Origin: Azolla caroliniana
Lineage: Eukaryota; Plantae; Polypodiophyta
Reading direction: 5' to 3'
Length of the DNA: 64,000 bases
Assembly (NCBI GenBank): GCA_043228905.1
Contig: JBHGNT010000011.1
Span: 13,702,001 to 13,766,000 of the forward strand
Shown here: in pieces, positions 40,655 to 53,500 of the stretch
How the letters are laid out: each line of letters starts with the position of its first letter
Numbering within the stretch: position 1 is the first letter of the stretch
Position numbers and translations under genes: made by a program
Notes under the pieces: generated by a model
Seen by the model: the letters and a program-made list of their open reading frames with translations, nothing else
Database searches by the model: none
Told to the model about the DNA's origin: nothing

Positions 40655-43600
40655 ATGCTGCTGAGCCGTCGGCCTCTGCGTGTTCTCCTTGCTCTCAGGG
40701 CAGCCTCGCCGGCCTCTTCCTCTTCCTCTCCCGCGCCTACACCTCCTCCTTCAGGATTTGGTCATGGTATTGCATCAAAGCCTGCTGATGATGCTCTCAA
40801 ACTCAATCGCCCCAGGTTCATGGTGCCCCCCCGCTCCTCTGTTCTCTCCAAGGCCGAGCTCGACGCTAAGGAGGTAAAGATCTCGATCATCTTCTCTGAT
40901 TCTATATCCTCCTTTCGTCTCTTTCGTCCCTGAGGAAACAGGTTCCTGAAGAGAGATGAATGGCAATGGCATGTTAGCAACCCTTAAAAAAGAAACAGAA
41001 TTTTATATTTCTATGGCGCCTCGAACTTTTCTTTTGAAAAAATGAATTCTGGTAGTGTGTTCTTTGATGCATCTTACCTTTGGCAAGGATATATAAGTCT
41101 TACGCTAAACAATTTAGCTTTTTCCATTTCATTTTATATACTAGCTAAACGAGAGGAGGATATATAAGTCTTAAGTCTGAAAACTAGTTTTGTCTCCTCC
41201 TCTCGTCGTCCACATTTCCTTTTTCCACTAACTATAATTTAGTGTGATGAAAGTGAACATATAATAGCTTTTTTTCTCAAAATGTAAAAGGGAATTTTTG
41301 GAATTAAAACCAAATGTCTCTATACACCTGTGTTATATCTATAGTATTATGCTCTGGAAAATTCTTATGATCATTTGCTGCTCGACTACTTTAATATATT
41401 CCTTCTTTGTTTCAGGGTATTACTCCAAAGCAACTGGCACATGGGAACATTTCGGGTAAAATATATTTTCTAAATAATAGTATTGTTTGCTATTTCGAGT
41501 CTGTTGTCAAAACTAGAGATCCTCAACAATCCTTAATTTAATTGGAAGGACTGTATATGGTGGTGTGCTTCTATTGATCCTTTTTTCTCCTTGTAGTCAT
41601 ATTCCATACCTCTATTGTAAACCTGGCAGATTATGGCTTCTAGGCATTCAAGTTTCTATGGTTCTAATCTCCTTACTTACAATGAAGAATCTTTATGTCT
41701 TGAAGGAATTCTCATTCATTGGCAGGTATTCCTTTAAAGGATCCTCTGAAATTCCAAAGCTCATAGTTGTAGCCTTTGATATGTGTAAGGAATTATGTTA
41801 CCTTATAGTCTTTTTCTAACCCAAAATACATGTCACCTGGATTTCCAAATATGTTAGTGATTTTATTTTGAGATTTCCTTATAATGTGATTATTGAAAAT
41901 ATTCCGAACATTACTGGTGGCAGTGCAACTTGTAAATCTGGCTGGCCATCGTGGTGGGACCTTTTCATGGAATAATAAATGTCATAGAGATCTTAGATTG
42001 TGTAGATTTGGAGATAAGTTATTGTCCACTGACAAACCCATTCAAATTTGGGTTGAGTTTCTATAAAAAAACTTACTGTTGAAATAAAATTAGCATTCCA
42101 TGGAGAGATCTGTGAAAAGGAACTTAACATGTTTTTTATTTCATGCTCAATGTCTAATTTCTACCAGGGTCCATCATACCAGATATTGTTACAGAAATGG
42201 AGACTCCTTCTAGAATCAACATCACTTGTTTGATATAGATCCATTGGAGGAGCCCTTTTATTTATATGCTTCAAGGAAGACTCATAGCCTGAAATAAATT
42301 CATAATTCTGTGAATAGGGAAGATAATTTCATGATCCAAGGTTGAGATGTTCAATGCATGAAGTTGAGATGTGACTTTATTACAGAAAATTGTGAATTTT
42401 GGGGATTAATATTAGAAATATTGAGAATCAAGTAGATAGGTATATAGAGTTACAACTGCAGAGATGGATATATGAAAACAGAATTTCTATTACATATGAG
42501 AGTAGTTCAAAAATGGTAGTTTTCCCATGCGCTCACACCTTAGAGCTTAGATAGGATATGGACCGGCTCACTACAAAATTAGTGGGGACTAATGATCAAT
42601 CTGACCACTGTGTGAGAAAAGTGACTTATAATCTATGTTTGGTCTTAGTATAAATGTGCAAGTCAGTTGACAGTAGTGGAGATATTCCTTTTCTGTCAAC
42701 TGACTTGTCATTTAATATGACCCAACTCCCTAGGTACAGGCTAGTGCTAGATAATACTTATCTTGAAGTCAATGACGCATACTTCAAGACTAAGTACATC
42801 GTAACTTGCCCACAAAATATTCTAGCTGACTTGATTAGCCAATCCTTTTATCTATTTCTCTCTTTCCTAAATATATTGTGTCCTACGCATCTACGGTTTC
42901 CTAGATTAACACCTTATCGACCCATATGGTCGAGTTGCACACTAGCCGCTCCTCATTTGGGGCGCTATCACAAAATGTGCACTCTAAGAGCACATATGGG
43001 GATAGATTTACAACTTGGGGCTGATCATTGATTATATCTAACACGCCCCCTCAATGATCAACCCATTGAGTTCACTTGGAATTGGGCCAACACCTAGTCG
43101 TCGAAGGTGTTGTTGCAACTGTTCTGCTCCAAGCGCCTTTGTGAAGATATCTGCAGCATTTTCTGATGTTGGACAGTACTCAAGCTCCACAATCTCATCA
43201 TTTATTAGCTCCCGCACATAGTGATACTGAATCTCTATGTGTTTAGTACGTGCATGAAATACGGGGTTCTTGGCAATGGCCATGCAACTCTGATTGTCAC
43301 ACCTCAATACCGTTGCCGTCCTTATTGGGACTGCCACATCCATAAGGATTCTTCTTAGCCAAACTACCTCGCATGCCGCTATGCATGCTGCTTTGTATTC
43401 TGCCTCCGTTGAAGATAGTGCCACTGTTGGTTGTTTTTTACTACTCCATGAAACAGCTCCAGATCCTATTGAAAAACAATATCCAGAAACTGATTTTCTG
43501 GAATCACTATCTCCAGCCCAATCGGAGTCGCAATATCCACTAAGTTGGTCAATTGTTGGCTTGTAGAAGATTCCATAATTTAAAGTACCCACAATGTACT

Positions 43601-46600
43601 TTAATACACGTAGGGCAGCTTTCCAATGAGTCTCCTTCGGCTTGTTGCTGAATCGACTCACCACATTGACTGCAAAACAAATATCCGGCCTAGTGTTGCA
43701 TAGGAAAATTAGACTTCCTACTAGTTGTCTATACTTCCTTATGTCAACCATTGGTGATGAGTCTTCTTGGGATAGCTTGCAGTTTGACTCCATTGGAGTC
43801 GACTTCGACTTGCTGTCCATCATCCCGAAGGTCTTCAAGATCTCTGTTGCATACTTTCTTTGTGACATGAAGATGCCGACCGAGGTTTGCCAAACCTCAA
43901 TTCCAAGGAAGTAGTGTAGAATCCCCAAGTCTGTCATTTCAAACTCAGTTTTCAAACACTCTTGTGTTTGGCCAATGCACTCTTCATGGTCACCAGTAAG
44001 TACTAGATCATCCACGTAAATGATAATGATGACTTGTTTCCCGTCCTTCATTTTGACATACATACTTGCATCCGAAGCACATTGCTTAAAGTCGATTGAT
44101 CGTAAGAAGCTGTCTATCCTCTTGTTCCAAGCTCTTGGTGCTTGCTTTAGACCATATAGTGCCTTCTTCAGCTTGCAAACTTTGTTTTCTGAATTCGGTA
44201 TCTCAAACCCCGGTGGTTGTGTCACATATACCTCCTCCTTGAGATGCCCATTCAGAAATGCTGATTTGACATCCATTTGATAAATCGGCCATCCTCTTGA
44301 AGCAGCCAACGCTATGACCATTCGAATTGTTGTCATGCGAGCTGTCGGGGCAAATGTTTCTTGTACATCGAACCCTTCAATTTGGGAGTATCCTTGCGCT
44401 ACTAGCCTGGCCTTGAATTTCTCCAAAGAGCCATCAGCTTTATACTTTACTTTCCATACCCACTTCGTGCCTATCACCTTCTTCTTTGTTGGCCTCTCTA
44501 CCAACTCCCATGTGTCATTTTTCATGATGCTATCATATTCTGATATCATCTCCTCTTTCCACTTCGGGTCGGCCATAGCTTCCTCCACCGAGGTCGGCTT
44601 ACTCACTGAGCCTATGATGTCCACCATCAGAGCCATGTTGACAATGTGGTCAGAGGTTCTTCCTTGCTCCTGTATTCTTCTTGATCTTCGTAATCCATTA
44701 GTTGAAGTTTCAGGAAACTCAACTTTAGGAGTATGATCATTGAAGAGTTGTTGAGCCCACTTAGGTATTTTCTTTACATGTGGGACTGGCATAGGCTGAA
44801 CTAGTGAACCATTACCATCAGATGGTTCAGCTTCCTTTTTTGGATAATGGGTCGGGATTGGGTAAAATACTTCTTCAGTTGATGAGATAACTTGAGAATC
44901 GTTGTTCTCAGCTAGCTGTGGTTGTTCCTCATCGAACACCACATCGCGGCTTGTCAATATCTTTCTTGCCTCTGGATCGTAGAGTCGATAGGCCTTTGAC
45001 TCTTCACTATATCCGAGAAAGATACAGTTTTTGCTTTTAGCATCCAACTTCTTTCTGCTCACATCTGGAATATGTGCGTAGCACATACACCCAAAGGTTC
45101 TGAAGTGCAGCACTGAAGGTTTCTTGCCTGAATAAGCTTCTTGGGGTGTTTTCCCTTGAAGTGCCTTCGTGTAGCTCCGATTGAGGATGTAAACTGCTGT
45201 GTTCACTGCTTCAGCCCAGAATGGGTCGGGCAGCGCTTGTGCCTTCAACATACACCTAGCCATCTCGACAACTGTTCAATTTCGACGTTCGACAACGCCA
45301 TTTTGTTGTGGGGTGTAGGCAGTTGTAAGTTGGCGCTTAATTCCATGCTCTTTGCAATACTCACAGAATTCGATTGATAAGAATTCTCCACCTCGATCAG
45401 AGCGTAGCTCCTTCACTAACTTTCCAGACTCTCGCTTGACAAACTTATGCCATCTTTTGAAGATTTTAAAAGCTTCAGCCTTCTCCCGAAGGAAGTAAAC
45501 TCACATCTTTCTGCTGAAGTCGTCGACTATTAGCATATAGTAGAGAGATCCACCCATTGCAGGAGTCACCATTTTTCTAGAGAGGTCAATGTGTATTAGC
45601 TGTAGAGGAGTCTTTGCCCGATTTTGACTCTCTTTTGGAATGGCTGATCTTTGATGCTTGCCCATCATACAAGCATCACAAACATGACTTAAGTCAGATA
45701 GGGTTGGCAACCCAACTACCATATTCGACTTCTTCATCTCCTTCAACACAGCAACGTTGAGATGCCCAAATCTCTCATGCCATTGCTTTGTGTTGGTACT
45801 TGTGCTGTGGTCAGTAGAAATGGTAAACGCGCTCAGCTCATAGAGATTGTTGCGCCTCACCCCTATTCCTACAACCTTGCCAGCAGAATCTGTTATTTTT
45901 GCACCCGACTTCTTGAATCGAACATCAAGACCCTTGTCAGTCAGTGCAGAAATGGACAGTAGATTCTTCTTCAGATCTGGCACGTACAACACTTGAGAGA
46001 GATGCTTTGTCCCACCGGTCGTTGCTTTGAGGGAGACGGTTCCGGTTCCTTTGGCCGGACATCGAGCATTGTTCCCGACCACAACATTGATGGGCTCTTG
46101 TAGAGGTGTCCAAGAACTGTACCAGTCACGATTACTGGTCATATGTCGGGATGCTCCACTATCGAGAATCCAAGACTCATCAACAACTTGAGTGTCAACT
46201 GAAGAACACACTTCTTCAGTTGCGACCCATAACTCAAGTTCATCTACGACATTGTTAGCGGACTCGGGCTCTCTCCAAGAAGTCTTATTAGAACCATTCT
46301 TCTCATCCGCCATCTTCTTTCGACAATTCTTGATTGTGTGACCCTTCTTGTCACAGTAGAAACACGATCCATTGAACTTCTTCTTCTTCGGTATCCTATT
46401 CGCATTGTTTGAATTGGATACCCCTTCACCCTTAGTCCTAGAGACAAATGCTGAATCTTCCCTTTCTTCTCTTGTCTTCAGCCGAATCTCCTCTTCAAGC
46501 AGCATTGCACTTAGTTCATCAAATTTTAAAGGAGTGGGTCGAACCTGAGTGTTCAATGCTGTCACAATGCCATCATACTTGAAAGGAAGTACTCGAATGC

Positions 46601-48161
46601 ACCGACGAGCCATATCCTCTTGAGAGACGACTACTCCAACAGCCGCCAGCTGATCTTGAAGATCCTTAATCCTTTTTACAAAGGATTCTACTTTCTCTCC
46701 ATCAGCGAGCTTCTCTGTAGCAAGCTGATTTTCGAGGTTTTGTATCCTTGTATAGTTTCTGGTCTCATACTGGCTGGCCAATATGCTCCAAGCTTCATGT
46801 GCCCTAGTTGTATGTTGCACTAGTGTTAGTACGGAGTCACATACACCAGTGACTATGGTACATAGCGCATCAGCATTCCTTCTCTTCCAGGCTCGAAGTA
46901 GATCAGCATTTGGAGGAATTGATGTGGTAGGGTGTGCAGGGTCAAAGGTTGCCATGGGCTCAGGGTCTCCCCCTGTGGGTCCCATGATTGTTTCCAACAA
47001 CTCGTAGGAATCCAAAATGGCAGACATTTTGAACTTCCATAGAGTGTAGTTGGTTCCATCTAGCTTTCCATCAGACAATGGAGGTGGGCGAATGCGCAAT
47101 GGAGCAGCTGCAACATTCGTGGACAAGGCCATTGATACTCTGTCTCTGTCTCTCTCTCTCTCTATTTCTCTCTGTTGCTAGACAGCAACTACCCGTATAT
47201 ACCTAATCTAGATCAACCTCTTCGCTCTGATACCATATTAGAAATATTGAGAATCGAGTAGATAGGTATATAGAGTTACAACTGCAGAGATGGATATATG
47301 AAAACAGAATTTCTATTACATATGAGAGTAGTTCAAAAATGGTAGTTTTCCCATGCGCTCACACCTTAGAGCTTAGATAGGATATGGACCGGCTCACTAC
47401 AAAATTAGTGGGGACTAATGATCAATCTGACCACTGTGTGAGAAAAGTGACTTATAATCTATGTTTGGTCTTAGTATAAATGTGCAAGTCAGTTGACAGT
47501 AGTGGAGATATTCCTTTTCTGTCAACTGACTTGTCATTTAATATGACCCAACTCCCTAGGTACAGGCTAGTGCTAGATAATACTTATCTTGAAGTCAATG
47601 ACGCATACTTCAAGACTAAGTACATCGTAACTTGCCCACAAAATATTCTAGCTGACTTGATTAGCCAATCCTTTTATCTATTTCTCTCTTTCCTAAATAT
47701 ATTGTGTCCTACGCATCTACGGTTTCCTAGATTAACACCTTATCGACCCATATGGTCGAGTTGCACACTAGCCGCTCCTCATTTGGGGCGCTATCACAAA
47801 ATGTGCACTCTAAGAGCACATATGGGGATAGATTTACAACTTGGGGCTGATCATTGATTATATCTAACAATTAATACTGTGAAGATGAAATAGGAAAAAG
47901 CAAAGATAATGAAATGATTTGGAAGATTACCGATTAGCCAGCTTTAGTATTGTAAAGGAACCCTGGGACCGTAAGGTGCAAGTTGCACCAATTTGTTTGC
48001 TTCCCTCTAGAGGTTTGGAACCGTAGAGGCTTGACAGTTTGCAATAGCACTAAGATGGCTAGTGGTTTATACTATGTATATTCTAATTGTACTGAATCGC
48101 CTGAAATAGTGTTCAACTGAGTTCGATGTCAGATATATCCTTCTGTTGTCTCCCCCTCCCT

Positions 48162-48211
<50 letters not shown>

Positions 48212-49559
48212 GTTATGTTATCTGCTTCATTCCCATATTTCTTGACTATAGAAATTAAATCATACTAAACTTTGATGAATATTAACAGTGGACCTATAAA
48301 ATATATATCTGGATCAGGAACAAGGATGCTTCTTAATTGTACATTGAAGCATACATTCATAGTTTCGCAAAGGCACTTTGCATCTGAATCGAAAGATGAA
48401 GATGATGATGTGGAAGCACGGTTGATGAGAGATGATGATAGCGGTGAGGGCTTTATGAATGGTCCAAGCTATAGTATGAATGATATGAATTTTGAGGATT
48501 ATCAGGAGGAACTGCCATTTGATGGTAGTAGTGAAGCACCGTGGAAAAGGCCTGTGGATGGGATGCAAGCTAGGGATGGAGACGGTGACTTGAGTGATGA
48601 GGATTCAGGTGATGACTTAAATGAGCCCAGTGATGAGGAGTTTGAAGGTGGGGAAAAAACAGATGAGGAGCTAGATGAGCTACTTGCGAATACTCCGCTT
48701 TTTGATCCACCTGAATTTGAGGAACCTGGTGCCCCTGAACAGGATTTCAGTTTCAGACCAGAGGGTCCAGTCTATTATCCTGGAATGGAATATGATCCAG
48801 AGGTGGGTTGAAGGCTGTTGCTCTCTAACATTTGTCAGAAAAGTATTCAAGTTACTGCTTTATGAAACTGGCAGAAACTGTTTTTACATGTGAAATAATA
48901 ATGTCCGCTTCTTGGTGTGGACTTCCTCTGTAGGAGCTTGATATAACAAGGCCTTTGCCACCTCGACGGAGAGAACCTCGGGAGAAAGAGGCATTTGCAG
49001 TACAAGATGTCATTGACAAAGCAGATTTTCGAGTAAGAGTGCTTCAAAATAATGTAGTTCTGGGATTCTGGCTGTACTATCACAATGCATTGTAACCTGA
49101 ATTCTTTTATCCCCCACCATGCAGAATGTTAGGTTTCTCACCAGATTTATCACTGAGACCGGGACTATTATAGCACGGAAAGAGGTATTGTTTAACATTG
49201 AACCACTGAAATGAGAGTATTTTAGGCTTGTTATGATTGTGTGAATGTTAATATTTGTGTCCTGCTGGCAGTTCAAAATGCGAACCAAGTCTCACAACAG
49301 GATCACGAAAGCTATCAAGACAGCGAGATTCTTTGGTTTGATGCCCTACACCAACATGGGACGACCTAAATATGTCTTCAATGAACCCTTTGATGAAATG
49401 TCTGGATTCTATGAGACCGATGAGGAAGAAGCAAAATTAGCAGGTAATGAGGGATTCGAGGGAAGGTTTCGTGGCAACAATAATAGAGATGGTAGATTTA
49501 TTAGGAGGTTTCCACAAAGGCCAGGAGGATTTAGTGGCTCAGGATTTGGGCGTCGCTAA
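40655..49559 (+). CDS. RPS18: Nuclear-encoded mitochondrial ribosomal protein S18 (bS18m)
   Basis: Spliced core KADFR|[20 protein letters not shown]|[26 protein letters not shown] is the S18 signature. Exons: 40655-40873, 41416-41455, about 48318-48802 (acceptor uncertain), 48934-49032, 49125-49184, 49272-49559. The N-terminus [18 protein letters not shown] resembles a presequence. Linkage of exons 1-2 to the 3' exons is inferred from phase compatibility. Confidence 0.85.
42410..43043 (-). repeat. 3' LTR
   Basis: Direct repeat of 47236-47869. I noticed one difference by eye (42430 A vs 47256 G). Confidence 0.98.
43038..47132 (-). pseudogene. Copia gag-pol polyprotein with two in-frame TGA stops in integrase
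   Basis: Motifs [63 protein letters not shown]. The two ORFs (47132-45501 and 45263-43038) share a frame. Stops at 45503-45501 (FSRKM*VYFL) and 45278-45276 (ERRN*TVVEM). Confidence 0.95.
47236..47869 (-). repeat. 5' LTR
   Basis: Direct repeat of 42410-43043, immediately followed by the PBS on the minus strand. Confidence 0.98.
48167..48208. repeat. (CT)n microsatellite
   Basis: Directly visible. Confidence 0.95.
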
Positions 49560-49821
49560 CTTTAATGTAGTTTCTTGAGACTCTTGAGTATTGTGGATAG
49601 ATTAGTTGTTAGTGGTTGGAGTCACAGCTAATAATTCGATCGATCTCAAGTTCTAGGAATTTGAGGCTCTTTGCTTGGTCTAATCTCTAACTAGCAACTA
49701 CTCTTTTAGCCTCTGAGGAGGTAATTTGCGGCACTGCTATGTTCAAGTAAATCAGCATTTTTGTATGTAGTCTTGTATATCTACATCACACTAGACTAGT
49801 TAAACCATAAAAAAGGGTGAT

Positions 49822-50047
49822 TCTATTTGCAGCCTGATTGCTATTCTCCCGATAACCTAAATAAAAGTCAAAGCTAATTGGGATATAACATTTGCACTGA
49901 TATCCAATCTAAAAGAAAAAAACAACTGAGACTATCTATTTGCAGCCTGATTGCTATTCTCTCAATAGCCTAAATAAAAGTCAAAGCTAATTGGGATATA
50001 ACCTTTGCACTGATATCCAATCTAAAAGAAAAAAACAACTGAGACTA
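49822..50047. repeat. Tandem duplication, period about 113 bp, 3' of S18
   Basis: TCTATTTGCAGCCTGATTGCTATTCTC...AAACAACTGAGACTA at 49822 and 49935. Confidence 0.95.
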
Positions 50048-50328
50048 AAAAGGAAAATATATTTGATGCTTATCAATCATTAGAAATATATTCAATACTA
50101 ATGAATCTGAACCTGTTTATATGCTTGAGTGTTGTGAGAGTAAGAGAGCTGATTTTAACATTGTATTCACCTGTTCCAATATAGAGCAAACGTTTCTTTG
50201 AATATGGAACTGCCTATTAGAAAGAGGATGAGATTTATGTGAGAATATAGAACTCATGTTTTTCTCAAAAGACCATTTTGATAACCTTGACTATCATTGC
50301 TGATTGTTGTCCATTAAATGTGTAAGCC

Positions 50329-50549
50329 ATTAAAAGACTGTATTGTAACTAAATGTTCATTTTCATGCTAATATATATTGTTGACTATTTGAGATTAGTA
50401 ACTTCAACTGCTGCTGTGGTTTTGATTGGTCAATCTTATTAAAAGACTTTATTGTAACTAAATGTTCATTTTCATGTTAATATATATTGTTAACCATTTG
50501 AGATTAGTAACTTCAACTTCCGCTGTGGTTTTGATTGGTCAATCTTATT
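50329..50549. repeat. Tandem duplication, period about 109 bp
   Basis: ATTAAAAGAC..TATTGTAACTAAATGTTC...GATTGGTCAATCTTATT at 50329 and 50438. Confidence 0.95.
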
Positions 50550-53500
50550 GATAATGTAAACAACCCTTTCCTGTTCGATAGAATGCCTAAAACTTTATGT
50601 GAAGAAACCAGACAAATCAGGAAAGAAGTTTAAAGTGATGTACTATCTTGGAAATGCATTTTGAAAGTGAACTGCAGATATATATATATATATATGTACA
50701 GATAGATAGATAGATAAATGTTTTTTTACTAATCTCCTGCTGTGTAATTATTGTCTATTATTAAGAGAAATAAACCTTATATTTGTCTGTACCAGTAAGT
50801 ATCAAAGCCACATTTCTTCTGTCCATCTTATTGTTTGTTCTAGTTTAGTATTGAATTGTTTTCTCACTTTTAACATGTCTCTATTGCTTGTCACCATCTT
50901 TTCTAACAGTCAGTATCAAAGTGAGAATTTGTTCTACTTTAGTAGCAAATTGTTTTGTTGCCAATATGTCTCTAATAATTGCCACAACTTTTTCTATGGC
51001 TTTTCTATGACAGCCCATGACCATCATGTAATTATGATTCTCCTAGATTACAATGACGTTGTAAGCTCTACACAACCTTGTTTCCTGTCAAATGTAAATT
51101 GGAAGCAAGACATCAGCATATTCATCCAAAATTTAGTGACTGCATATTTGACGATTCAGATTTTCCTACTTGCCAATGGGCAACACAAATAAAGTTGATA
51201 AATGATGACAATATGGATGGTTGGTATAAGACCTTGATTGTATTTTGTAACAAAATTATGGAGTGGTAATATGAACTCAAACTTGTGGAGTTTATAGGAA
51301 GTTTGGTTTGCCGTGTGTCACATCGATTCACGTTAAATAGTAGAACTATGGATAGCTTAGACACTATATTTGGTACATACATGAAAACTTCATGAACATA
51401 TCTCCATTTAAGAGCTCCCAAATCTAGAATATTAGTCAAGTGTATCCCTTGTACAACCAGTAAATAGGTTTGGGTTCATGTTCAATGATTGGATGCTAGT
51501 TTGAAAGAGTCAATGAAAATAACTTCACTTTCTAAAGCAACAACCATAATAAAATACGTGATCCTTTGTCAAGCCTTGAGAGTTCATCCGACCTTATAAA
51601 TTATAAAAAGATTGATTCATATACTCCTTTATGAGGTTTAATCGAAGATGAACATTTTCCAAATGTTGACATTCCACATTCCATCTTTTTCAAATGCAAT
51701 CAATTTTTGTAATGTTGGAGGGTTGGTTGTTATTGCTATATGTCCAACTAACTAACTTGACATGAATTCAAGCATGATGAGACTGTGTAGTTTATCCAAT
51801 CAAGCTTTCCCTTTGATGTTACTTGCAATTGAGTCTTGTTGCACGAGGAGTTCCGTAAAGAGAAATATCCAATGGAGAATTAGTAATGAGGAATTAGGAG
51901 ATCGTCAAATTACAATTACAAAAGAGGATTGGATACAATAGGGGGCTCTATCACATGTGCTCCCAAGTGGGGTAGAGATATATGCAACTCCATGATAAAG
52001 TGAGGAATTAACCTTAGAACTTCTTCCAAGGTTGCCTTGAAGATAAGAAGCTATCATTAACTTTAACAACTAGCCCATCTACCACAAAAAACACTACTCT
52101 TGTTGTTGATCACACTCAAGAGGGTAGTCAGTGCTCGTTGACACCAACAAGTTGCACCCCATAGAGCAAAACTCAATGGGATGCCAAAAAAGCAATCAAT
52201 GATCGATTGCATTCTCTGGGAAAATTTGAAAGCCCCTTGATCAGTGAATCGGAGCAACAAGAATCAACGTTACCGATGGTTACGTTTCTATGGAACGGAT
52301 CGGCACTTGCATTGGCTGAGAGAGCTTCAAGTAGAGGCCAGCCTTACACTTGACCAAAATCCAACCGCATCATGGGGCATTTCATGGGACACCCACCCGC
52401 CCAAGAAGCCACCCATTGATTGCATTGGGTTTGGGTTTTAACAAATGAAAGCATATAATTTCAATGCTTCTTCTCCCTAGGGGTCCCAGGGGAGAGGAAG
52501 ATTAGAGAGCAGTAAGTACATATGTAGTGTATGTATGTATTCCTCTGTTTTTTGCAGGGCCAGTTGAAGATGACATGCAGAGGATGATGGTGACCTTGAT
52601 AAACAGAAGAGGAGGAGGAGGAAAAAGGATCCCCACCCCATGCACAGGACTCTCTGATGAAGGCTGTATTAAAGACTCTCTCTTAGGATGGGTGATCAGT
52701 GGATCAAAAGCCAGCTCTTGTAATTTCTCTGCATCCCTGTGGAGAGTTGAGCTGTTACTACTACACCTCCCTGCACGATCAAAAGAGGTATGTATATACG
52801 CTTGCCTGGCCACATTCAAAATATTAGTGTAGGCTTATTAATGGCCGGGAATGCAAGATTAGATGTTTGAGGAGGTTTAGGATTCATATGAGCAGCTTAT
52901 AAAGAAGCTATGGTGTCCTCATTCAATGCCCAAACTGAAAAGCTCTCCTGCACAGCGTGGTAAACATCAAGATTTGGGCTGTTGATCCTCCCTCCTGGGT
53001 AAGTTCTCTTTCCTGCATTTCAGAAGATTGGATGACCTCACACGAACTTCAATATCCTTGTGTCTGTGGATTCTAACACATTTAGTGTTGTATAGCGCTG
53101 CTTTTACGATCTCAAGCTGGAAAATGCAGGATATAGTTGCAGGCTTTGGGAAAATAAGTGTCTATACAAGAGAAGTTCTCGATGATTTTTGTCAAGACTC
53201 AAGATTGCGGTAGATTAGGTCAGGTGCTTTCGATTACCTGCTTCACTGTGAGAAGCTTTAGGATCACCAATGGATCTCTTCCTGCACATGACTGATTTGG
53301 GACTCAGCTGAAGCCACGTCAACGGGCCTCTCTGCTCATCTGGTGATTGAACATTGTGTTAGTGAGGTTCGTTGCTTGCTGCTCACATTTTTTATTTTGT
53401 GAATGTTATGGCATGAATGTCTCAAGTCAAGTCAAATCAGGATATTCATTTGCAGGCACAAAGGCTAGATATTTTGTCAGGTTCCATCTTTTGTTTTCGG

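Larger units (their letters stand above)
42410..47869 (-). mobile_element. Full-length Ty1/copia LTR retrotransposon, antisense in an S18 intron
   Basis: 634-bp LTRs at 42410-43043 and 47236-47869. 5-bp TSD ATTAA (42405-42409, 47870-47874). tRNA-iMet PBS TGGTATCAGAGC (47235-47224). PPT GAGGGGGCG (43052-43044). Domain order gag-PR-IN-RT-RH. Confidence 0.98.

Noticed and set aside
45276-45503. Copia stops repaired by RNA editing or readthrough, linked to the U-to-C PPR gene
   Set aside because: PPR editing is organellar, TGA to TGG is not a U-to-C change, and both stops lie mid-integrase. Ordinary transition mutations explain them.
42654-47857. Two identical 125-aa ORFs suggesting a duplicated gene
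   Set aside because: They are antisense ORFs inside the two LTRs. Their identity just reflects LTR identity.
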